This document shows positions 58,333 to 64,000 of a stretch of DNA of 64,000 nt, piece by piece. The stretch is taken from IMG/VR virus record IMGVR_UViG_3300038345_000076, positions 32,001 to 96,000 of that record. One strand, 5' to 3'. The notes under the pieces are model-generated. The model was not told the origin of the DNA. It saw only the letters and a list, made by a program, of their open reading frames with translations, and did not search any database. A program made the position numbers and the translations under genes. Numbering within the stretch: the stretch's first letter is position 1; each line of letters starts with the position of its first letter. Origin of the DNA: a virus (Duplodnaviria; Caudoviricetes).

Positions 58333-59562
58333 TTACCCCGGTTTTTCGGGCAATTTTTCATCCGATATTTCGTCTCCAGTATCACATGTTGCTACTTTAA
58401 AAGCCTTCTTGACATCGTTGGCAATCATAGTTTTGGCAATATGTGCATACCTTTGCGTCTGCTCTATCTTGGTATGGCCAGCCAATTTTGATACGGTCGT
58501 TATCGGCACTCCTTTTGCTATGAGTAGGGTGCAGAAGGTATGGCGCAGCGTATGGAAGGTGATATGTCTGGAGTCGGCTACCCCAATACGCTTGATCAGA
58601 TCCTTCAGAGTCCTGTTGGCAGAGGCGTTATTACCTATATGCGTCAGTCTTTCTATGCTGCCGCGCCGCTCGATCAACGCGAGTGCCTTTCCACCGAATA
58701 GAGAATATAGCGGTAACCTTACAACCACTCCAGATGACTTGCTTGTTTTCTTCGGCTGTATGATAAGCCAGGTCTTTCCATGCTCCTTCAGCAGCATGTC
58801 AGAGGTGAGGGTTGTCAGATCATGATATCGCAGTCCGGTATAGATGGCCATCAACGCACAGTCTCGGATTCTTGCCTCGCGTTTCTTTAATTTAAGATGC
58901 TCCAGCTTTCGCACCTCATCGAATGTCAACGACTCTTCTCTGCTCTTTATCTTAGGAATAGGGAAATGCAGGAACGGGTCATCGTCGACGCATATGAGCT
59001 TTCTGGCGATAGCCTCGTTGATGATACACCTTATGCCTTTTAGTCTGCCTGATATAGTGCTTTGTGACATCTTCTGGGATTTCTGCCAATCCACGAACCT
59101 GTTGAGCCAGTCTATATCTATCTCTTCTAATGTAAGGTCTTTGTGAAACCTGTCCACTATCTTGATAAGTGTGTTATAGGAATCCTTTGTGTGCTTTCCT
59201 CTTGAAGATGAATGTTCATTGATAGAAGTCACGAAATCACGGAATGTAGCAGAAGATGAAATATTATGTCTGACAGCGTTCTTAAGCATGGCAAGCGTGG
59301 GATTCTTTCCCCTCTGTATAAATCCGAACTCGATGCGTTGTATCTTGATTAACTCATCAAATATATACTGGTTGAGTTGCTTTGCAAGAGGATGATTGAC
59401 AATATAATGACCGTCCCACTGATACGGATATAGGTAAACTTTTGTTGAAAAGTATATTCTCTTTCCGTTAAGCAGGCACTCCACTTGCACAAGGCTTCTT
59501 CCGTCTAAGTTTAACTTCCCTTTTCTGTTGAATACAAGCCTGTATCTTACTTTATCAAACAT
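58333..59562 (-). CDS. Tyrosine recombinase (Bacteroidales integrase type), putative shufflon invertase
   Basis: Arm-binding N-domain, SAM-like domain, YTGLRY, HTLRH, LAGH and TQRY motifs; TATATTTG promoter at 59575-59582. Confidence 0.9.
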   Translation of the reverse strand: MFDKVRYRLVFNRKGKLNLDGRSLVQVECLLNGKRIYFSTKVYLYPYQWDGHYIVNHPLAKQLNQYIFDELIKIQRIEFGFIQRGKNPTLAMLKNAVRHNISSSATFRDFVTSINEHSSSRGKHTKDSYNTLIKIVDRFHKDLTLEEIDIDWLNRFVDWQKSQKMSQSTISGRLKGIRCIINEAIARKLICVDDDPFLHFPIPKIKSREESLTFDEVRKLEHLKLKKREARIRDCALMAIYTGLRYHDLTTLTSDMLLKEHGKTWLIIQPKKTSKSSGVVVRLPLYSLFGGKALALIERRGSIERLTHIGNNASANRTLKDLIKRIGVADSRHITFHTLRHTFCTLLIAKGVPITTVSKLAGHTKIEQTQRYAHIAKTMIANDVKKAFKVATCDTGDEISDEKLPEKPG

Positions 59563-59721
59563 GTCTTTTTCTTACAAATATACGAATAGTTTGCAAAATG
59601 TAAAACATTTCCATTGAAAAGTGATATTGTTATAGATAATTTTGTTTTTTTTGTAAAAAAAGTAGTAAATATCATTAGATATTTAACTCGTAACACACAA
59701 CACAAACACAATTAACATGTT

Positions 59722-60006
59722 ATGAAGAGGATTTTAGATTGGTTCGCAGGAATAGAGAAGGACAAGATATTGCACGACGACATGGTGTTTAATATTTCCT
59801 TGCTTGCCGCTTGTGCATGCAGGCTGTTAGTCAGCAAGGAGTGGTATAATATAACCGCATGTGCTTTCTTCGCTGGCTTCATCGCAGGTGTGGCGAAGGA
59901 AATCTATGACGAGTGGAAGTACAAGGGTGCTGACGAGCGTGACTGGAAAGCCGACATCTGCGGTCTTGTGCGTGGCACTATATTCTCATTATTATTAACA
60001 ATATAA
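59722..60006 (+). CDS. Small membrane protein
   Basis: DKILH...KEIYD...D..AD..G pattern; hydrophobic. Confidence 0.6.
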   Translation: MKRILDWFAGIEKDKILHDDMVFNISLLAACACRLLVSKEWYNITACAFFAGFIAGVAKEIYDEWKYKGADERDWKADICGLVRGTIFSLLLTI

Positions 60007-60020
60007 ACACAAAAACAATT

Positions 60021-60200
60021 ATGGAAAAGTACAAAGGATTCATTTATTTTGCTCTGATTTGCCTATATATCTTAGGCTCTATCGGAGGCATTGGTTATGC
60101 TTGCTACAATCACGCATACCTCATTGCAATCGGTGTGGCAGCCGTCGCTCTGATGGCTTTACCACAAGTTGTCAAATACTTTAAGGCTCTGACAGAATGA
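60021..60200 (+). CDS. Small 2-TM membrane protein (59 aa, not in the ORF track)
   Basis: MEKYKGFIYFALICLYILGSIGGIGYAC...; ATGA overlap with the holin gene. Confidence 0.6.
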   Translation: MEKYKGFIYFALICLYILGSIGGIGYACYNHAYLIAIGVAAVALMALPQVVKYFKALTE

Positions 60201-60694
60201 TTGAACAGATTAAGAACATGGCGGTGGGGATAGTATTGGCTATCCTCGCCTACTTGGAGCCAATAGATGGAGAACTGCTAAGTCTTTTCGTGGTATTCTT
60301 TCTCAATTTCCTATTTGGCTACCTCTCTGGGATGGTTAAGGGTGAAGAGTTCTCGCTGAAGAAGGCTCTTGTGTGTGTCGGTCATGCTGCTGTATTCTTT
60401 ATCCTCTGCGCTGCCGTCTATATCATCGGGCGATTGAAGGGGCAAATGGAAGGATCAGTGCAATGCGTGTCGTTCATCACCTACCTTGTTATATACTTCT
60501 ATGCGCTTAATATCTTGCGCAACTGCAAGAAGATATTCAAGGACGAAACGGCACCTTGGCATGTAGTGAATACGATCTACTTCATCCTCCGCTTCAAGTT
60601 CATCGAGAAAATACCTTATCTGAATGAGTATCTCGATACACAGAAGCAAGAGGCAGTAGAGCAGAAAATTATTCTTGATAAAGACGATAATTGA
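60197..60694 (+). CDS. Holin (phage holin 4-like)
   Basis: Multiple TM segments; ALNILRN motif; directly upstream of the endolysin. Confidence 0.75.
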   Translation: MIEQIKNMAVGIVLAILAYLEPIDGELLSLFVVFFLNFLFGYLSGMVKGEEFSLKKALVCVGHAAVFFILCAAVYIIGRLKGQMEGSVQCVSFITYLVIYFYALNILRNCKKIFKDETAPWHVVNTIYFILRFKFIEKIPYLNEYLDTQKQEAVEQKIILDKDDN

Positions 60695-60696
60695 TT

Positions 60697-61347
60697 ATGG
60701 AGATAACGCAATCACAATTACTAAGAGCCGTTCCTAACCTTAACAAATCCAAGGTGGACGAGTTTGTGGCATCATTCAATATGTATGCCATACATTTCGG
60801 TCTGACGACGAAGGCAAGGGTATGTCACTATCTTGCGCAGGTATTCAACGAGACTGGTGCTTTGAAGGCTACGTCGGAGAATATGAACTACTCTGCGGAG
60901 AGGCTTATGCAGGTATGGCCTTCACGCTTCAAGACGTTGGAGAAGGCGAAGGAGTATGCGCATAACCCTGAGAAACTGGCGAACAATGTCTATGCGAATC
61001 GGATGGGTAACGGCAACGAGGCATCGGGTGACGGATGGAAGTACAGGGGACGGGGATATATCGGACTTACGGGCAAGAGTAACTATTCCGACTTCAACAG
61101 ATATGATTTATGTACGGAAGATGTCTTGAAGAATCCAGACAAGGTAGCGGTCTATCCTCTCAACCAACTCTGTGCGATGTGGTTCTGGGAAAGGTATAGC
61201 CTCAATTCGATAGCGGACAGGGACACTGGAGGTACTGGCAGCGAGAAGATCGTGGAGGAGATAACCAGGAAGGTCAACGGCGGTCTTATTGGAATATCGG
61301 AGAGGAAGTATTATTATAGACGTTTTGCAAGAACATTTGGCTTATGA
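60697..61347 (+). CDS. Endolysin, glycoside hydrolase family 19
   Basis: HYLAQ..ETG, ENMNYS, DGWKYRGRGYIGLTGKSNY and ITRKVNGG motifs. Confidence 0.9.
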   Translation: MEITQSQLLRAVPNLNKSKVDEFVASFNMYAIHFGLTTKARVCHYLAQVFNETGALKATSENMNYSAERLMQVWPSRFKTLEKAKEYAHNPEKLANNVYANRMGNGNEASGDGWKYRGRGYIGLTGKSNYSDFNRYDLCTEDVLKNPDKVAVYPLNQLCAMWFWERYSLNSIADRDTGGTGSEKIVEEITRKVNGGLIGISERKYYYRRFARTFGL

Positions 61348-61865
61348 AGAAGTTACCAAACATACTGATATTATTGCTCATTGCTTCCATAGCGGTCAAT
61401 GTGTTTGTCCTTACACGCAAGCCGAAGATGGATATTAAGCATGACACGACGGAGGTAGTCAGATGGGACACCAACCATGACTCGCTGCCTCCAGAGAAGG
61501 GCGAGAAGATAGTGAAGTACATCCGCATCCCTTGTTCAAACTCTCCGCAGGATTCTTTAATAGGGGATAGTCTTATTCAAGATTCCGCATCCAATTCTTC
61601 AATAACGCTCCCTGTCGTCCAGAAAACCTTCTCCGACGACAGCACCTATACAGCCTGGGTCAGTGGTCCGAAGGTGGATGCCTACCCGAAGCTGGACAGC
61701 ATCAATGTGCGGCAGAAGATCATTGAACGGAACATCACCGTCACGCTGACCGAGAAAGAGAAAGAGAGGCACTGGCGTTTCGGTCTTGGTGTCAATGCGG
61801 GCATCAGCGTCATCACAGGAAAGCCCGACATCACGGCAGGCTTTCAGGCAGGCTATACATGGTAG
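61344..61865 (+). CDS. Spanin-like / lysis accessory protein
   Basis: N-terminal TM; YTAWVSG..PKLDSI; C-terminal beta-strands ending in an aromatic residue. Confidence 0.55.
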   Translation: MKKLPNILILLLIASIAVNVFVLTRKPKMDIKHDTTEVVRWDTNHDSLPPEKGEKIVKYIRIPCSNSPQDSLIGDSLIQDSASNSSITLPVVQKTFSDDSTYTAWVSGPKVDAYPKLDSINVRQKIIERNITVTLTEKEKERHWRFGLGVNAGISVITGKPDITAGFQAGYTW

Positions 61866-62080
61866 AGAAAAAAGTTGTCTTCATATAATTAATAGTTTAG
61901 TATTTTCTGATTTTTAGACGTAACTGAAGTGGGCAAGCGTGCCTGCGCTCGTTTTTTTTAGTTTCATCATGGTATCAAATTTTTCATATCTTGAAGATTT
62001 TTAGTTATTTAACATTAGCACCCCATCCGTGAGGACATGGTGCTATTCTGGGGAATATATTTATAAATAATAATCATAAA

Positions 62081-62206
62081 GAAATCCCCCGTCATAAATA
62101 AGTATCTCACCACATTATCTACGGACTTCCCACAGAGAGAAGCGGGGGATTATGCCCTTTTTTCTCCCTGTGGGATAAATGTCTATTGTCCGCAATGTGG
62201 TGAGAT
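62081..62206 (-). ncRNA. Candidate structured ncRNA with a pseudoknot
   Basis: Nested stems 62104-16/62194-206, 62122-26/62188-92 and 62128-41/62162-75; loop 62143-51 pairs with 62083-91; TACCTTTG promoter at 62212-62219. Confidence 0.55.
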
Positions 62207-62252
62207 GGGTGCAAAGGTACTAATAAAAGTTGAACAAACCAAAATTTGCACA

Positions 62253-62480
62253 ATGAAAGTAGTTGAGTTATTAAAAATAGGTGCTGAAACGTTAAAAATG
62301 ATGTCACAGAATGGCATCTTTATTGACGATTGGAAATATGTGGAAGCCTATGAACATTTTCTGAGGATGCGCGAATTGGGCGTAAAGTATAATGTTGCCA
62401 TCAAGGAAGCGGCTAATGATCTTCACGTCACCAAGCGTACACTGCAACGAGCGTTCAAGCGTCTTTCAAAGGAGTGTTAA
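62253..62480 (+). CDS. Small HTH DNA-binding protein
   Basis: AANDLHVTKRTLQRAFKRL HTH; likely start MKVVELL. Confidence 0.7.
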   Translation: MKVVELLKIGAETLKMMSQNGIFIDDWKYVEAYEHFLRMRELGVKYNVAIKEAANDLHVTKRTLQRAFKRLSKEC

Positions 62481-62615
62481 ATGGTGTCACGGATTGGCAC
62501 TTGAAAGGCGTGTTTATCTATTGTTATCTGTTTTATAACTGGTTATCTTTGCATTGGTTTTTCGCGATAACCAGAAGAAACAATAGTATTAACAACTCAA
62601 ACACAAGATTTCATT

Positions 62616-63230
62616 ATGGCAAATTTAGACATGAATGACTTGATGGCTATCCGTGGTCTCGATCGCGAGTACGATCATGGCTATGGTTACGGCTATAACC
62701 GTGGTTACGGTATGTCGCCTTACGAGCAGATGAAGGTTAGCCACATGGCATCCAAGCGTCCGAGCGGTGTAGCCGTAGCAGGTCTTACCGTTGGTGTGGT
62801 CGGTGCTGTGGCAGGTATCGGGGCGTGGATTTTTGGCGGTATGCAGGCCAATGCCAAGGCAAAGGAAGCCGCTCAGATCGGCATCGCAGCAAAAGAACTT
62901 GCTGCTTCGCAGTATCAGTCATCCCTAAAACTGCTTGACGCAGAGCATGACAACACGCAGAAGACCATCGACCGTATTCTTCGTGGTTTCGACACGGAGC
63001 GTCAGGAGCGTATCAATGGTGACATCACCCTGAACGCCACCATCAACGATACCGTCAGTGGTTCACAGCAGGGTACGCTCACTGCTTCACAGATTGCTCA
63101 GCAGGAGGCTACTCAGTCAGTAATGGCAGGTCTGATGACTGGTCGTTACAGCGAGAATCCTCTGAAGGTGGTACGTGTGAGCGGTCAGCGCGAGTGCCCT
63201 TGTGACAGCGGTTGCGGTTACAACGGCTAA
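62616..63230 (+). CDS. Gly-rich TM plus coiled-coil protein with a C-terminal Cys motif
   Basis: GYGYG repeats, Gly-zipper TM, CPCDSGCGYNG; TATCTTTG promoter near 62544. Confidence 0.75.
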   Translation: MANLDMNDLMAIRGLDREYDHGYGYGYNRGYGMSPYEQMKVSHMASKRPSGVAVAGLTVGVVGAVAGIGAWIFGGMQANAKAKEAAQIGIAAKELAASQYQSSLKLLDAEHDNTQKTIDRILRGFDTERQERINGDITLNATINDTVSGSQQGTLTASQIAQQEATQSVMAGLMTGRYSENPLKVVRVSGQRECPCDSGCGYNG

Positions 63231-63298
63231 AGAAACGTAGGGTCTGATTGGGTACGGAAATCGGACTTTTTCAGACCCTACATTAAAGACACGGCAAA

Positions 63299-63658
63299 AT
63301 GTTATGGTTCAACAAAGAAAAGAAAAAGAAGATGGAGTTTATTCAGAATTACGTACCGACGAGCAAGGCACAGCTATTACAGGTGGCTATGTTCTTTAAC
63401 AAAGGTGACTTGCAGAAAGCGCAGGAAATGTTTGACTTCTACGCAAAGAATCTTCAGTTACCAGACTTTGACCCTGTTGCACCTACATTCATGCAGCAGG
63501 TGAAGAGTAACGCAACAGACTTCTTTTCATGGATTAAGGAGAATCGGGAAGATATCGTAAACGGGTATGAGTTTGTTCGCTCCATCATCGCAAACAAAGG
63601 AGCAATTCCTCCTGTAGCGCAAGAGGTGTCAGATCCTCTACCACCGATCAACGAATAA
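63299..63658 (+). CDS. Hypothetical protein
   Basis: 119-aa ORF. Confidence 0.7.
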   Translation: MLWFNKEKKKKMEFIQNYVPTSKAQLLQVAMFFNKGDLQKAQEMFDFYAKNLQLPDFDPVAPTFMQQVKSNATDFFSWIKENREDIVNGYEFVRSIIANKGAIPPVAQEVSDPLPPINE

Positions 63659-63701
63659 ATATTCAGGTATTTTTAGGTACAAAACTTAACACGGCAAAAG
63701 T

Positions 63702-63920
63702 ATGGATGAAAAGAAAAAACTCAAAGGTTTTCCGCTTACTTTCAATATCTATGCGGAAAATGAAACAGAGGTTGAAGAGTGCCGGATGGCTATTATTGCT
63801 TTTATCGGTTTACATGCTTCACAATGCAGGGCTGTCACTGCAAAAAAAGTGGCACATGCGATAGGTAACTGGGATAAGAACCCAATAGTAAAGAATCAGA
63901 TAATCAATTATTTCAAGTAA
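63702..63920 (+). CDS. Hypothetical protein
   Basis: 72-aa ORF, followed by a truncated Cys-containing ORF from 63922. Confidence 0.65.
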   Translation: MDEKKKLKGFPLTFNIYAENETEVEECRMAIIAFIGLHASQCRAVTAKKVAHAIGNWDKNPIVKNQIINYFK

Positions 63921-64000
63921 TATGGAACAGACGAATCAAAATCAAGAACAGCAGTTTCGCTGTACTGGTGACTGCATCAAGTGTAATCGCGCACAGAGGG

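Larger units (their letters stand above)
1..64000. mobile_element. Bacteroidota tailed phage/prophage genome segment (siphovirus-like)
   Basis: Terminase, portal, capsid, tail tube, tape measure, tail, holin and endolysin genes are present. TAnnTTTG promoter motifs occur. No host housekeeping genes or att boundaries are seen. Confidence 0.95.

Noticed and set aside
54642-59562. Diversity-generating retroelement as the source of tail variability
   Set aside because: There is no reverse transcriptase and no TR/VR pair with adenine-specific mismatches. The cassettes are unrelated sequences joined by short inverted sites.
58333-59562. Recombinase as a prophage integrase marking a prophage end
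   Set aside because: It is flanked by phage tail and lysis genes on both sides with no host DNA or att duplication visible. Adjacency to the inversion sites explains it better.
1-64000. tRNA or rRNA genes
   Set aside because: No cloverleaf with T-loop and D-loop consensus or rRNA signature was recognised by eye. tRNAscan-SE would be needed to exclude them fully.

Overview
The whole window is part of a tailed (siphovirus-like) dsDNA phage or prophage of a Bacteroidota host. The host call is inferred from TAnnTTTG -7 promoter motifs and Bacteroidales-type integrases. No host genes, rRNA, tRNA or CRISPR arrays were seen. Layout: (1) 1-3.5 kb, rightward hypothetical genes. (2) 3.6-20.6 kb, a leftward array of about 40 mostly small early-type genes ending in a beta-clamp-like gene, an FtsK motor and a tyrosine recombinase; many genes are separated by a recurring 'imperfect hairpin + AGTACGA' element. 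(3) 20.6-21.6 kb, an AT-rich control/origin-like region with two 11-6-11 dif-like sites. (4) 21.6-27.6 kb, a D5/SF3 helicase and accessory genes (GNAT, HAD 3'-phosphatase, DUF2829/Tad2-like fusion). (5) 27.7-33.7 kb, a leftward packaging module (terminase with an Ala-start intein, portal, MuF-like protein). (6) 33.9-54.6 kb, head and tail genes. (7) 54.6-59.6 kb, the most striking feature: a 10-cassette shufflon. A 103-aa constant tail-tip N-terminus can be fused in frame, at ten CTGGGCG (Leu-Gly) sites, to ten alternative C-termini, next to a second tyrosine recombinase. (8) 59.7-61.9 kb, lysis genes. (9) A candidate pseudoknotted ncRNA and an uncharacterised terminal operon. Family assignments come from motif recognition by eye, not from database searches.
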